Positions 12,050 through 24,743 of a stretch of DNA of 37,071 nucleotides are shown here, piece after piece. Below the pieces are notes generated by a model, which saw nothing but the letters and a program-made list of their open reading frames with translations, was not told where the DNA came from and made no database searches. Each line of letters begins with the position of its first letter. The stretch's first letter is position 1. This DNA is from Ginkgo biloba. Taxonomy: Eukaryota; Plantae; Ginkgophyta. The DNA lies in NCBI GenBank assembly GCA_024626585.2, contig JANKJI020000004.1:169205995-169243065 (forward strand), given 5' to 3'. The translations under genes were made by a program, and so were the position numbers.

Positions 12050-12473
12050 GACAAATGTGGCAAGCATTACACCTATTGTATTTATTTATTTCTTGATGCC
12101 ATATCCTTTTCGACTTCCCTGCCTGCTTGAGAACTCCTTTAAGATAGAAGTCAGGTAACAAAATCCACTTTCATATGTATGATGAGCAAGATGAGCATTC
12201 CCCTTCACAAATAGATATGGTAAATACTACGCTCTCAAGTGCACACAAAGGTTGTATCCAAAAGCTTTTCTAGCTGCAGTCCAAACTTACTATTTCCCTT
12301 GCACCGTGAATTGAGTAACGATGTCCAGTTTTCTATATACCCATGTGCAAGATGGGCATTCCCTTACAAAGAGATATAGTAAAAACTATGATTTCCAATG
12401 TACATGAAGATTGTATAGAAAGATTCCTAGCTGCAGTCCAGGCTTCCCATGTTCCCTTCAACATCAAACTCTG
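12050..12473 (+). pseudogene. Probable PLS-class PPR gene relic with two related units of about 160 bp
   Basis: Fragments KCG, DAISFSTSLPA*, GNKIHFHM and KMGIPLQRDIVKTMI/MYMK resemble PPR consensus pieces; 12187-12300 is similar to 12347-12458. Stops and frameshifts. Confidence 0.4.
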
Positions 12474-12703
12474 AAATAAATAATGGATAAGCTGGATAGG
12501 ATGTCATGGAAAAATAATATACATGGGTTTATCCTCTAAATGCAGAATTTGCAGGAAGGTAAAGATCTTCAAACCACAAATTAAAATAGACTGTAAATCA
12601 TGCAAGCCAATTGAACCCAGCACATCAGATCAATAAAAAGAAGAGATACAGAATTAGATAAAGTCAAATTAAAAGAACAAAAAAATGCAAAGAGAAACTT
12701 TAC

Positions 12704-12786
12704 TCTGGTGATGCCCCATAAAGAATAATGGACTGACAGCCTGGACAATGCCAATCCAAAAATGGCACTCTAGGCTTCCAGTATAT
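12704..12786 (-). CDS. Candidate host-gene exon, IYWKPRVPFLDWHCPGCQSIILYGASP (alternative open frame YTGSLECHFWIGIVQAVSPLFFMGHHQ)
   Basis: Acceptor ttttgggcag|ATA and donor GA|gtaaag; 83 nt; T-rich intron flanks on the minus strand. Confidence 0.7.
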
Positions 12787-13196
12787 CTGCCCAAAATAGG
12801 AAGAAGTCTGAAGCTTTTACCTAATTTATGTACATGTATTTAAAAAATTATTTATGGCAACCAAAGCAATAAGAAAAGCTATATTACAAATTGAACACTT
12901 TTTCAGGGAAATGTAGTCCTGATTTTCCCCACAATATACGAGAAGCTAGAAGTATAAGTTTACTTGCTTGATTGTTTTAGTTGAACCTTGAGGCAATTCC
13001 ATTCAACATATTTTTTAAGGGTATAGAAAGAAATAAATTCAATTATGGATATCAAAAGGGGAAAAAACTAACATATTTCATTTTTTTTCTTTTTGAGAAC
13101 TTTAACCCTTAAAGAGAAGTCATGCAAAAAGAGATGACCTTTTTAAGATTACTAAAGAAAAAATTGATGTAGTAAAAAATTTTAATTACACTTCAC

Positions 13197-13280
13197 CTTC
13201 AATGCTTCAACTCGTTCTTTTATTTCTGAAGGCAGTTCTAACTTCTCAATACTCGCAGACTTATGATTGGTTGAGGCCAG
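13197..13280 (-). CDS. Candidate host-gene exon, LASTNHKSASIEKLELPSEIKERVEALK, phase 0 to 0
   Basis: Acceptor gagcag|CTG and donor AAG|gtgaag; 84 nt; the other frames are closed. Confidence 0.72.
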
Positions 13281-13407
13281 CTGCTCAGAGTACAAACTCA
13301 ACAAGAATAAACCAAATATTGTAAAAAGTTCTCACTTGTAAAATTCTACTAGTAAACATTGAAGAACAAATTTCCAAGGCAATATATTTCCAGAAATTGC
13401 CTGATGA

Positions 13408-13570
13408 GATGGAAAGAAATGCAGCAAGCATTTCCAAACCAGAATAAATAGAATCGAAATCCCCTGATAGATACATTTCCATCCTTGGACACATAAAACT
13501 GGATGTAAAGACTCAGATAGAAAGAAATGTAGCAAGCATTTCCAAAGAAGAATAAATAGAAACAAAATCC
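13408..13570. repeat. Intronic direct duplication of about 55 bp, spaced about 108 bp
   Basis: gaaagaaatg(c/t)agcaagcatttccaaa..agaataaatagaa...aaatcc at about 13408-13462 and 13516-13570. Confidence 0.85.
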
Positions 13571-13576
13571 TTCAAC

Positions 13577-13604
13577 CTTGTCTAGAGAAGTAGTCGTTTT
13601 ATCC
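13577..13604 (-). CDS. Candidate short host-gene exon, (x)DKTTTSLDK, phase 2 to 0
   Basis: Branch-like ctaat plus ctttctttccatttttgcag acceptor; donor AAG|gttgaa; 28 nt; in phase with the next exon. Confidence 0.6.
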
Positions 13605-13664
13605 CTGCAAAAATGGAAAGAAAGTGCATGGATTAGTAACAAAGACCTAGATTTTCTTTCCACT

Positions 13665-14617
13665 CGAAGGATATCAACTCAAAGGCTTAAACATGAACTA
13701 CACTAAATTTTTCANNNNNNNNNNNNNNNNNNNNNNNNNNNNNNNNNNNNNNNNNNNNNNNNNNNNNNNNNNNNNNNNNNNNNNNNNNNNNNNNNNNNNN
13801 NNNNNNNNNNNNNNNNNNNNNNNNNNNNNNNNNNNNNNNNNNNNNNNNNNNNNNNNNNNNNNNNNNNNNNNNNNNNNNNNNNNNNNNNNNNNNNNNNNNN
13901 NNNNNNNNNNNNNNNNNNNNNNNNNNNNNNNNNNNNNNNNNNNNNNNNNNNNNNNNNNNNNNNNNNNNNNNNNNNNNNNNNNNNNNNNNNNNNNNNNNNN
14001 NNNNNNNNNNNNNNNNNNNNNNNNNNNNNNNNNNNNNNNNNNNNNNNNNNNNNNNNNNNNNNNNNNNNNNNNNNNNNNNNNNNNNNNNNNNNNNNNNNNN
14101 NNNNNNNNNNNNNNNNNNNNNNNNNNNNNNNNNNNNNNNNNNNNNNNNNNNNNNNNNNNNNNNNNNNNNNNNNNNNNNNNNNNNNNNNNNNNNNNNNNNN
14201 NNNNNNNNNNNNNNNNNNNNNNNNNNNNNNNNNNNNNNNNNNNNNNNNNNNNNNNNNNNNNNNNNNNNNNNNNNNNNNNNNNNNNNNNNNNNNNNNNNNN
14301 NNNNNNNNNNNNNNNNNNNNNNNNNNNNNNNNNNNNNNNNNNNNNNNNNNNNNNNNNNNNNNNNNNNNNNNNNNNNNNNNNNNNNNNNNNNNNNNNNNNN
14401 NNNNNNNNNNNNNNNNNNNNNNNNNNNNNNNNNNNNNNNNNNNNNNNNNNNNNNNNNNNNNNNNNNNNNNNNNNNNNNNNNNNNNNNNNNNNNNNNNNNN
14501 NTAATTACCACTAAGTAAGATTAACTCTAACCAAGTAAGTCTGATCTCTAACTTTAAGAAATAAATGTGAGGAATAAGATTCCTAATTTAACATAGGAAT
14601 TAAACATTATTCCAACA
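13665..14617 (-). mobile_element. LTR-derived segment related to the 9845-10149 LTR, mostly in an N gap
   Basis: Ends in attattccaaca as at 10138-10149; left flank gaactacactaaattttt resembles gaacacacaaaattttt at about 9892-9909. Confidence 0.5.
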
Positions 14618-15569
14618 AGAACTTGATCCCTATGTTCCGAAAATTCCATATTTACACTTGGCTCGTAGATCAAACTAGGCAGCCAACTTGCAACACATTG
14701 TGGGTATAGATTTAGGATCATAAAAAATCAACAACTTCCTTTAAAGATTCGTTCTTGCTTGAACAACAGACCAGTGAAAAAGAGGTTTACCTCGAGTTTG
14801 GGGCCTTATTTCTCCACCCCCATGATCACTTCTCATTCTTTGCTCTCTCAAAGAACTAAGCAATGATCACTTCTCATTCTTTGCTAGCATTCTTGAAAAG
14901 GTGGCCTCTAGACATTAACTACACTTTTTCCTTGGTTTTATTTCCCTCAAGTATGCACCCAAACATTTCTCTCAGGTCTTTTAACTCCAACTTATTCCTT
15001 GTACACATAATCACAACAAGACATGTGGAGAACTATCTTTGTACCATTTTCCAGGTCAGCATTATAGAAGTCATCTCCCTCTATGCTAGCTGAATTTCAA
15101 TTTGTCCTTAGCTTGCACACCTCCATATTTGACTCCACCTTATTTTCTATCAGCCACCCTCTCTCTTCCATTAGAGCAGTGTCTTCCTTATGAAATCCAC
15201 CACATATTTCATATAACTATATATAACCATGAATGCCTCTAAACTTTGCAAAGACTCCATTGCATTATTCCACCATGAACAATGTGGTTGATGATATTTT
15301 GCATTAAATGTCAAGGGAGAGACTATGGTTGGAAGAGGTTTGAGACAACTACNNNNNNNNNNNNNNNNNNNNNNNNNNNNNNNNNNNNNNNNNNNNACAC
15401 ACTTCATAACACCTATAGCAGATGGAGGATTGGTGTCCGCATGACGGGGCCTTATCTCTGATGTGTGTTCCCCCTTGAATGCTATTCAATAGGTTTTCGC
15501 TGACATCATAGTTGTGGATACTACAAGAAAGGCAACCCAACCCTACAATATACATTGATATTGATGGTT

Positions 15570-15775
15570 ATACATTTGATGGTTTTATAGTTAGCTCCAA
15601 CAGGGACTTTGACACTGGTTATATGGCACTTCAATCATCATTTTTTTGTTCACCTTCCTCGCTTTTGAGGGTTATATGGCCACCGTGCAGCCTTAAGGCT
15701 ATCATCCTTCTAGTTTATGTTGATCAGATATGGATGGTGATAATGTAAGTAGTCCTCCTTGATGCACTATCAAAT
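15570..15775 (+). mobile_element. Ty1/copia reverse transcriptase relic
   Basis: IILLVYVDQI and, in a shifted frame, GDN (resembles LLVYVDDIIITGD); upstream ggttttatagttagctccaacaggg resembles GLKQAPRA. Confidence 0.55.
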
Positions 15776-15875
15776 NNNNNNNNNNNNNNNNNNNNNNNNN
15801 NNNNNNNNNNNNNNNNNNNNNNNNNNNNNNNNNNNNNNNNNNNNNNNNNNNNNNNNNNNNNNNNNNNNNNNNNNN

Positions 15876-16800
15876 TTTGTGGAAAGCTTGGCAATCAATT
15901 TCTACACAACTGCACTAGGAGTTTGTAGGGCCGAGGAATGGTTAGGATTTGGCAAAGATTAACAAAAAATGGGTTATTCTTTTGGAAGGACCTTTGGGAT
16001 CAGGATCATCAGGCATGGAAAGAGTGGAGAGCCATTAGATGCTTTTTAAATTTGCCTTGTCTTATTGGAGCTTTGTAAAGTGCTCTCAGAGAATTGCTCT
16101 TTCAAGCTTGAATTACAGGGTTCTGGAACATATTGGAGGGATTAGAGATGGAGTAATGGGAATCCCTTCTACTGCTATGATATCCGTTATTTGTATAATA
16201 TAACTAGGTATGAGACACCTGTTGCTTCTCGATTCAATCTGAAATGGGGGATCAATGACTTGGAGGAAAGATGGAGAAAGAGATGTCAAAGCATATGGAA
16301 AGTGCAAACATCATTCAAGCTTAAGGTTTTAGGATGATTGGTGATACACCATAGCCTTGTGGTCAAAGATCGACTACATAAGTCAGGACTAACGAACCCT
16401 TACTGTGACATGTTGTATGTCAAAAGAAGGAATTAGTTTTACACGTATTCTGGCAATGCCCAACGGCTAAAACCTTTTGGAATTGGGTTCAGGCTAAATA
16501 TGAAGTGCTATTTGTAGCTTCTTTGAAATGGAAGAGAGTAACCCTAGGAAATAAATAGATAATCAGAGACATTGGGAAGCTTATTTGGGATACCATAAGG
16601 CTTGTAGGTATCTCCTTCTTGTGGAAGCGAAGATGTAACTTAACCTTCAAAGGAAGAGGTGATATTTTGCATTTACAAGAGCTCAATACTTTTAGAATTG
16701 AACTAGCAAATCAAATCAAAACATTTTTAGGAAAGAAATAGATTCGGCTCCATTTGGAGCCAAAATTGATATGCTTGCTCATCTCGCCTTTATAGGGAGA
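15876..16800 (+). mobile_element. L1 LINE ORF2 C-terminal relic (zf-RVT region)
   Basis: WKVQTSFKLKVLG*LVIHHSLVVKDRL...YCDM/C...EELVLHVFWQCPTAKTFWNW, then FLWKRRCNLTF. Confidence 0.85.
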
Positions 16801-16989
16801 AGGCATGTGATGCAATTCTTTTATTTTTCTAGAATTAATCTAAGCAACATTATTTCAAAAAACAATGGTGTGATTTGCATAAATCAACCAATTGCTCCAA
16901 TGAAAAGTGTTATGAACAAAAGAGGGCTTTACAAATCCATACAAATCAACTTAAAGGAGAAAGAGGAGATTATAACCAATCCTGAAGCT

Positions 16990-18790
16990 CCATTAACTTT
17001 CACTACACAAGCCGAANNNNNNNNNNNNNNCTTTGATAAGAAGCTTTGTGTGAAAGATAAGCTTATGATTGCCATATTTGATTCCAAAAGCCAAAAGTAC
17101 CTAGTGTCAACGAACATTGTAAAATCATTAGGGTTGCCTTTGATACCACATCCACAACCTAATGTACTACATTAGATGCATACATGAAAGGACACTACAA
17201 TCAAAGGCCAATGCAATGTAAGTTTTTCAATTTCTCTTGTGACAGATGAAATAGTTTATGATGTGGTNNNNNNNNNNNNNNNNNNNNNNNNNNNNNNNNN
17301 NNNNNNNNNNNNNNNNNNNNNNNNNNNNNNNNNNNNNNNNNNNNNNNNNNNNNNNNNNNNNNNNNNNNNNNNNNNNNNNNNNNNNNNNNNNNNNNNNNNN
17401 NNNNNNNNNNNNNNNNNNNNNNNNNNNNNNNNNNNNNNNNNNNNNNNNNNNNNNNNNNNNNNNNNNNNNNNNNNNNNNNNNNNNNNNNNNNNNNNNNNNN
17501 NNNNNNNNNNNNNNNNNNNNNNNNNNNNNNNNNNNNNNNNNNNNNNNNNNNNNNNNNNNNNNNNNNNNNNNNNNNNNNNNNNNNNNNNNNNNNNNNNNNN
17601 NNNNNNNNNNNNNNNNNNNNNNNNNNNNNNNNNNNNNNNNNNNNNNNNNNNNNNNNNNNNNNNNNNNNNNNNNNNNNNNNNNNNNNNNNNNNNNNNNNNN
17701 NNNNNNNNNNNNNNNNNNNNNNNNNNNNNNNNNNNNNNNNNNNNNNNNNNNNNNNNNNNNNNNNNNNNNNNNNNNNNNNNNNNNNNNNNNNNNNNNNNNN
17801 NNNNNNNNNNNNNNNNNNNNNNNNNNNNNNNNNNNNNNNNNNNNNNNNNNNNNNNNNNNNNNNNNNNNNNNNNNNNNNNNNNNNNNNNNNNNNNNNNNNN
17901 NNNNNNNNNNNNNNNNNNNNNNNNNNNNNNNNNNNNNNNNNNNNNNNNNNNNNNNNNNNNNNNNNNNNNNNNNNNNNNNNNNNNNNNNNNNNNNNNNNNN
18001 NNNNNNNNNNNNNNNNNNNNNNNNNNNNNNNNNNNNNNNNNNNNNNNNNNNNNNNNNNNNNNNNNNNNNNNNNNNNNNNNNNNNNNNNGTCCTTCTATAT
18101 TTAAATGACATCTTGATTTTCAAAAAGACTTGGTCAAAACATGTTAAGCATGTTGAAGCAATGTTGCAAGATTTGAGGGTTAACTAACTACAAGCTAATT
18201 TAGTAAGGTGTCCATTTGCCAAAAAGACTTCTTACTTGGGAAATGTTGTTGGTCAACATGGAGTTTGTGTGGACCCATCAAAGATCAAGGCCTATTGGAA
18301 TAGCCTACTNNNNNNNNNNNNNNNNNNNNNNNNNNNNNNNNNNNNNNNNNNNNNNNNATTTCATCATGCAACAATATATCTTGGCATTTGAATCAACTCA
18401 CTAAAGGAAGCAAGAAGTTTATATGGACTACATAATAGCAAGAGGCATTTGAAAATTGCAAGGAATGACTATGTTCAACACCCGTGCTTACATATCCAAA
18501 TTTGCAACTACCTTTTGGAATTGAAGTGGAGTCTTCAGACTAAGCATTGGGTAACGTTCTTTTACGACAAGGATGACCAGTAGCATACCATTCCAAAACT
18601 TTCAAAGATGTAGTGCAAAAGTATTCTATGTATAAAAAAGAAATGTATGCTATTGTCCTAGCTATCAAGCATTGGAAGCGCAACCTTCTTGGTAAGAAAA
18701 TAGTAATCCATAGTGACCATAAACCATTATCTTTCTTACAATCTCAAAATAAGAAAGAAAATACTAGATACATGAAGTGGATTACCTTTG
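16990..18790 (+). mobile_element. Ty3/gypsy pol relic: protease, RT (partly in gap) and RNase H
   Basis: AIFDSKSQ...LGLPLIPHPQP (protease); YLNDILIF...YLGNVV...VDPSKIKA (RT); PVAYHSK...KEMYAIVLAIKHWK...HSDHKPL (RNase H). Confidence 0.92.
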
Positions 18791-18997
18791 GACTTAAACC
18801 CTTCTTCTATATCTCCTTTGCAAGAAGATGCAATCATATCTTAACAAGGTTGAACAAACTAGATCTATAGAGATGAAGATATACAAGGTGGCTAAGCAAG
18901 GACACTATCCACATCAAGCGCAATAATACAATGAGGAACAATCAACGTGCAACTTTCCCAAATTTCATTCGAGAGCAATATGAGACCATTACTTTAC

Positions 18998-19124
18998 AAG
19001 GGGGAAGGAATGATCAAAATGTAAAAGGATAAAAAGGGAAAATGTTATCATTTTTATTTAATTAAAAAATGTAGCAACAACTTCGTCTACTTGCCATGTA
19101 AAATCAGGGTAAAATCTATAAAGA
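18998..19124 (+). mobile_element. Polypurine tract and start of 3' LTR (TG at 19011)
   Basis: aagggggaaggaa immediately followed by TGATC..., downstream of the gypsy pol relic; the LTR runs into a gap of about 960 N. Confidence 0.7.
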
Positions 19125-20814
19125 NNNNNNNNNNNNNNNNNNNNNNNNNNNNNNNNNNNNNNNNNNNNNNNNNNNNNNNNNNNNNNNNNNNNNNNNNNNN
19201 NNNNNNNNNNNNNNNNNNNNNNNNNNNNNNNNNNNNNNNNNNNNNNNNNNNNNNNNNNNNNNNNNNNNNNNNNNNNNNNNNNNNNNNNNNNNNNNNNNNN
19301 NNNNNNNNNNNNNNNNNNNNNNNNNNNNNNNNNNNNNNNNNNNNNNNNNNNNNNNNNNNNNNNNNNNNNNNNNNNNNNNNNNNNNNNNNNNNNNNNNNNN
19401 NNNNNNNNNNNNNNNNNNNNNNNNNNNNNNNNNNNNNNNNNNNNNNNNNNNNNNNNNNNNNNNNNNNNNNNNNNNNNNNNNNNNNNNNNNNNNNNNNNNN
19501 NNNNNNNNNNNNNNNNNNNNNNNNNNNNNNNNNNNNNNNNNNNNNNNNNNNNNNNNNNNNNNNNNNNNNNNNNNNNNNNNNNNNNNNNNNNNNNNNNNNN
19601 NNNNNNNNNNNNNNNNNNNNNNNNNNNNNNNNNNNNNNNNNNNNNNNNNNNNNNNNNNNNNNNNNNNNNNNNNNNNNNNNNNNNNNNNNNNNNNNNNNNN
19701 NNNNNNNNNNNNNNNNNNNNNNNNNNNNNNNNNNNNNNNNNNNNNNNNNNNNNNNNNNNNNNNNNNNNNNNNNNNNNNNNNNNNNNNNNNNNNNNNNNNN
19801 NNNNNNNNNNNNNNNNNNNNNNNNNNNNNNNNNNNNNNNNNNNNNNNNNNNNNNNNNNNNNNNNNNNNNNNNNNNNNNNNNNNNNNNNNNNNNNNNNNNN
19901 NNNNNNNNNNNNNNNNNNNNNNNNNNNNNNNNNNNNNNNNNNNNNNNNNNNNNNNNNNNNNNNNNNNNNNNNNNNNNNNNNNNNNNNNNNNNNNNNNNNN
20001 NNNNNNNNNNNNNNNNNNNNNNNNNNNNNNNNNNNNNNNNNNNNNNNNNNNNNNNNNNNNNNNNNNNNNNNNNNNNNNNNNNNNNATCCAAATTGAAATG
20101 AAATTAGAAAATTTTGGGATCAAAACCTACATAAACACCACATGACTAAAGATAGATGATTTGTAGACCTATCTCATATAGGCCCGTTTGGTGTTGGTAG
20201 CATTGTGCAAACATTGTTGATATTTATAGATTTGGAGTGGAAAGGGAAAACCCTTACACTACTTTTGGATGCATCCTATGTTTTATTTTACTCTATTATA
20301 TTTCCTAGTTTCTAAGCTTTAGACTTGGAGTTGTTGACAATACTCCCTTGAAGTTGTATCACATTCTTGTATTCTTAGTCCCATTGACCACTTTTTGGTC
20401 ACTAGTGGACATTAATATATACTTCAATTTCAATTTCGTCTTTCTACAATTGAAATTTCAAACTCAATCACTAAAACNNNNNNNNNNNNGCCAATGGCTA
20501 GATATCTCCCGACTATGTGGGAGAAAAACCCAAAAGGGCTCTTAGAGCCAAAAAGGTGAGAGAGCAAGAGATGGATCAAACTTGAAATTCCCTATAAATG
20601 GAAATTCTCCTACTTATATAGTTACAAAGTAATTAATGACAACTCCTTTAACTTGACCTTTATAATAATGATTATCCTCACCACAATCTTAAAGGCCTAC
20701 TCCATGACCGCCATATCCATCCAATAAAAACAGTTACAATTGAATATGCCAATAATCCTAATCATACAAGTCCAAATTATAATCCATCTATTGGTAATAG
20801 TAACAATAAAAAAT

Positions 20815-21050
20815 GCCTGAATACCAACTATCCCAACTAATCCTCAAATGAAGTTTATTGTGGGATTTTCCATCACTATAGGAGACACACTAAGAACTAA
20901 TCGCATTCTCTCTTGTGGTGCAATTATTTTCAATTTTATGGAAACAATGAGTAAATCTATTGAAACAAAAGATAGAATGTTTCCCTATCTAGATAGAACT
21001 AGGGGCATAGCAATCACTCAAACCAATAATTGACAATATTTAGCAATCCT
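20815..21050 (+). mobile_element. Highly degenerate gypsy integrase fragment
   Basis: IPTIPTNPQMKFIVGFSITIG resembles PIP..PW..ISMDFIVGLP.T.G; NFMETMSKSIETK resembles FW.TL.K.LGTK. Confidence 0.35.
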
Positions 21051-22099
21051 TTTCCCAAGATAAATAAACTCAATAGGAATAGATATTTCAACTAGAATCA
21101 CTACCTTCTAAAAATGTTTTAATCAAAAATCATAAACCTAATAGGCTAATTGGACCAATCGATATACTCAAGAGTTATTTATGGTCAAGCCCATATGCCT
21201 ACCTACTAGCTGCAAAACAATAAGAAGCTCAACTACTTGACAATATCCCTAGATCTATATATTCCTACCCTACTTCTAAGCAACTAATTATTGCATCTAG
21301 ACAATGTTTTCCTAAAAAATAACATGAAAAACTGGATGAATCTTGATATGTGAGGGCAATTCCATTCATATGCAACTTCATTGATCTTTTCCANNNNNNN
21401 NNNNNNNNNNNNNNNNNNNNNNNNNNNNNNNNNNNNNNNNNNNNNNNNNNNNNNNNNNNATAAACAACTTTTAGGTTTGACTTCAAGATATACTTGATTA
21501 GTGACTTCAAGTTTTTGAGGTGACCTTTTTTAATCATTATATAGTTTTGCCCCAGCTTGAGCTCTTGTGATGTTTCCCTTGGACTTGTTCAATATTTTTT
21601 TTTTTTTTTTCCACATTTGCTACCAAAATTCTATCATTGAATTTATTTTACCTAATCAAATAGGTGTNNNNNNNNNNNNNNNNNNNNNNNNNNNNNNNNN
21701 NNNNNNNNNNNNNNNNNNNNNNNNNNNNNNNNNNNNNNNNNNNNNNNNNNNNNNNNNNNNNNNNNNNATTTTCTTCATACAGGATGACATGGGTTTGAGT
21801 AGATGGAGTTGGTGCAAGATGAGAGTGAGAAAATTTAGAAACATTAATCCACCTCGCTCCTTGAAGCAAGTGTCAATAACTTTCTTCCCTGTGTTAGGGC
21901 TTAATTAGTCGATGGTTACCCTATCACCATCTCATTGAGACACCATGTATGCCCCTAGGATATTTCTTAAGAAATGTCATTAATTCTCGCATAAGGATGC
22001 CATAAATATGCCACCATAGCTTTCAGTCCTGGCCTTTATCGAGTGTTTTTTATGATCTAGGTTGAGGAAGTGTTTCTAGGGAGAGTGTCATGCCCTTCT

Positions 22100-22614
22100 C
22101 AAAATATATGACTTCCTGGTACAAGTAAGAGCTTCCTAAATGGGTCAAGGAGAAAATGCCTTCCAAGACACTCATAACTTCTTTGGTGATCCTTGACCTT
22201 TTCTTCTTCATTGTCCTTCCTAGTTGGCTCAAAATGAGGTGTCAACAAGAATTAAAGGCAATTACACAGGCTTTCCTCACATAATTGCACCTACAGGCTA
22301 CAATAAAAAAAAAAATGAGAAAGACCATCATGTCTTCCTTAATGAATATTTTATTGTAAAGAACTTTGTCTATGGATATGAATCCAATGCATATGCTCCC
22401 TTGAATAACAACCAGTACCTCAAGAGCTTTAGGATGGATGCACAAAGGAATGATTCCATCATGTGCAAGGTTGAGCCTTGCAAGTGATACCCCAAATTTA
22501 CATAGCTACTAGGAGGGGTTGGTTTTCTTATTTACATGTCTTTCATATTGACACAATCCCTATGGGTCTAGGACTCTAGAGAATGTTGTCTCTTCGATGT
22601 TGGCTCTGATACCA
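22100..22614 (-). mobile_element. LTR retrotransposon 5' internal region: tRNA-iMet PBS (22603-22614) with a gag-like relic
   Basis: Plus strand gctctgatacca at 22603-22614 with a candidate LTR end at 22619; downstream GYHLQGST...YWLLFK is weakly gag-like. Confidence 0.7.
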
Positions 22615-22848
22615 AATATGATCCAAAATTTCGCTATTGAATGCAATATAGAAGCATGCAATAATTCAACTATTTTTGTTCGTGGGCAATTTGGACTAGC
22701 CGGTTGCATTCTTATTCATTCGTTTACAACAAAGAGAAGTCATTTGTCAAGTGGCTCTACATTCGTTTGTCAGTCGTTTGCTTCAACCGTTCATCAGCCA
22801 GCAAATAGTCAAAATCCAGGGTATCAAAGTTAATGAAGTTATAACACA

Positions 22849-23153
22849 TGTTGTACAAAAAGCTATTTAATGTAATTATTAAAGTGAACAATTAGTTAGG
22901 AGTAGTTGCATATGGTTATGCAACCAACTCCTTTAGTTGCATTAAATAGGGAATTTAGGAACTATTATGATCATCGATCAGTCTTGAGATTGTATCTATC
23001 CATTTTGTAACAGTTTTGGGGGAACCTGTGGGCTTGGCCCAAGGGCTACCTCCCCTTGTTCTCTGTAATGATTTCACATCAATAAAGGTCATTTTGCTTA
23101 CCCATTATCTGTTTTCTCTCATTGTTGACAAATTGGTTCTTTCTGAATCTATG
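22849..23153 (+). mobile_element. LTR-like segment
   Basis: Starts TGTTG; contains LTR-typical gttgcat...atgcaac inverted motif, cattttgtaa and aataaa; ends in a gap. Confidence 0.4.
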
Positions 23154-24743
23154 NNNNNNNNNNNNNNNNNNNNNNNNNNNNNNNNNNNNNNNNNNNNNNN
23201 NNNNNNNNNNNNNNNNNNNNNNNNNNNNNNNNNNNNNNNNNNNNNNNNNNNNNGGGACTTCATGAAAATGGACAGAAATCATGACTTTTGGGATCCGAAA
23301 CGGATCACCGTGTGTCATTTCCCTCTTCTTTGCCAGGAGAAACTGTTGTTAAATGCAAGTGATCTATTAATTATAATTCTTAAAAGTTCATCTTTTCCCT
23401 CTTCTTTGCCATAAAAAACTGTAGTTAGATGTCACTGGTCTATCTATTCTATATTCTCATCGCAGTGTGAGAGAATTGGCTTGCTCCAATCACAATAATA
23501 AATGTTAGCGTTCCCTCAAAACTTTGGCAAGTAAACAAACACATTGGAGGATAAATTGTAGTGACATGCATTTGAATAATGATGAAAGACTTGCTAGTGT
23601 AGAGTTCTTGATTTCAGGAGTTATAGACTTCTATAGTGATTAAGATTTGCCATCCAATGACCCATAATGTATAGAAGATAGATCTCAATGAAGAAATGTA
23701 ATCTTCTTATTATGAACACTTTGTTGCGCCTCAAGTTCCATTGCAACTAAAAGTTGGGTAACCATTGGTCAAGAAAAGAATTTTTTCCTCAACTTAGATG
23801 ACTATTTGTTTACATTAGTAGCTGCAAGCATTGCTTAACAAGTTTATTGGCCAAGTTAACGAAAACGAAGGACAGTGCTCTATTGTGATTTCTTCAGTTA
23901 TCCCACATCAAAACTGCTTTGGATGTTAGACATTTCGTTAGCAAACATGTATTTGTTTGACAACTCACCATTCCTAAATTGGTAATTTCTAAATGAATTT
24001 GCAACCAAACATCAAGTAGTTCTTTTTGCAATCCTACATCTCAAAGTTGGTGCAAAATGGGAGAACATTGGATCAAGATTTACATAAAGTATATGTTGGA
24101 CGTAAACATAAAACTTAGTGGTTGATTTCAGCAGTAGGAAGAATGAGGATTTCAAATATGAACCTTGAAAGCCATTGGAAAATCTATATAAACTCCACAG
24201 ACAAGCAGAAATTATTACACGACAGACAATGTTGCATAACATATAAATTATGTAATGCGCCCATTACCCCTGACCCTTATGTGATAAGGTTGATGAAACA
24301 TTCAGGAAGATATTGGATTAAGTGGAGAATTTCGAATACTATGAAACATAGAACCTATCCATTTTCAAAGTTCCAGGAAACTAAAAAACGTGTTGTTCGC
24401 AGAAAAATTAACTATGAAGTGTTGTCTCTATTAGGGTTTCTTCTGGCACAGAGGAGGTTGATTTTTATCTTCCATTGGGTAATGTTAGAGAGAGATCAGT
24501 ATCATGAAAAGGCATATCTCTAGAAACTTTCTTCATNNNNNNNNNNNNNNNNNNNNNNNNNNNNNNNNNNNNNNNNNNNNNNNNNNNNNNNNNNNNNNNN
24601 NNNNNNNNNNNNNNNNNNNNNNNNNNNNNNNNNNNNAGACGTAGTTGGCCTAAAGGGATTTATGTTGTCTTATTGATTCAAATAGTTAAGTGCTAAATGG
24701 TTGTAGCCCATTAGGGAAGTTACAATGTATATAGTTCTTATTC

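Noticed and set aside
12520-12590. Candidate exon after a tttacag acceptor on the minus strand
   Set aside because: Gives an immediate stop in the phase required by the preferred upstream frame, and the donor is weak.
14650-15350. Possible minus-strand gag relic (WWNNAM...)
   Set aside because: I could not reconstruct enough conserved motifs.
13687-20123. Long ORFs of 270-336 aa in the ORF track, and similar ones at 2.5, 31.7 and 35 kb
   Set aside because: They consist of X residues read through N gaps and are artefacts.
23437-24536. Idea that the in-frame stops are repaired by U-to-C RNA editing
   Set aside because: Such editing is known from plant organelles, and this is nuclear transposon-rich DNA. 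Any stop codon can be converted to Q or R this way, and the stop density is near random.
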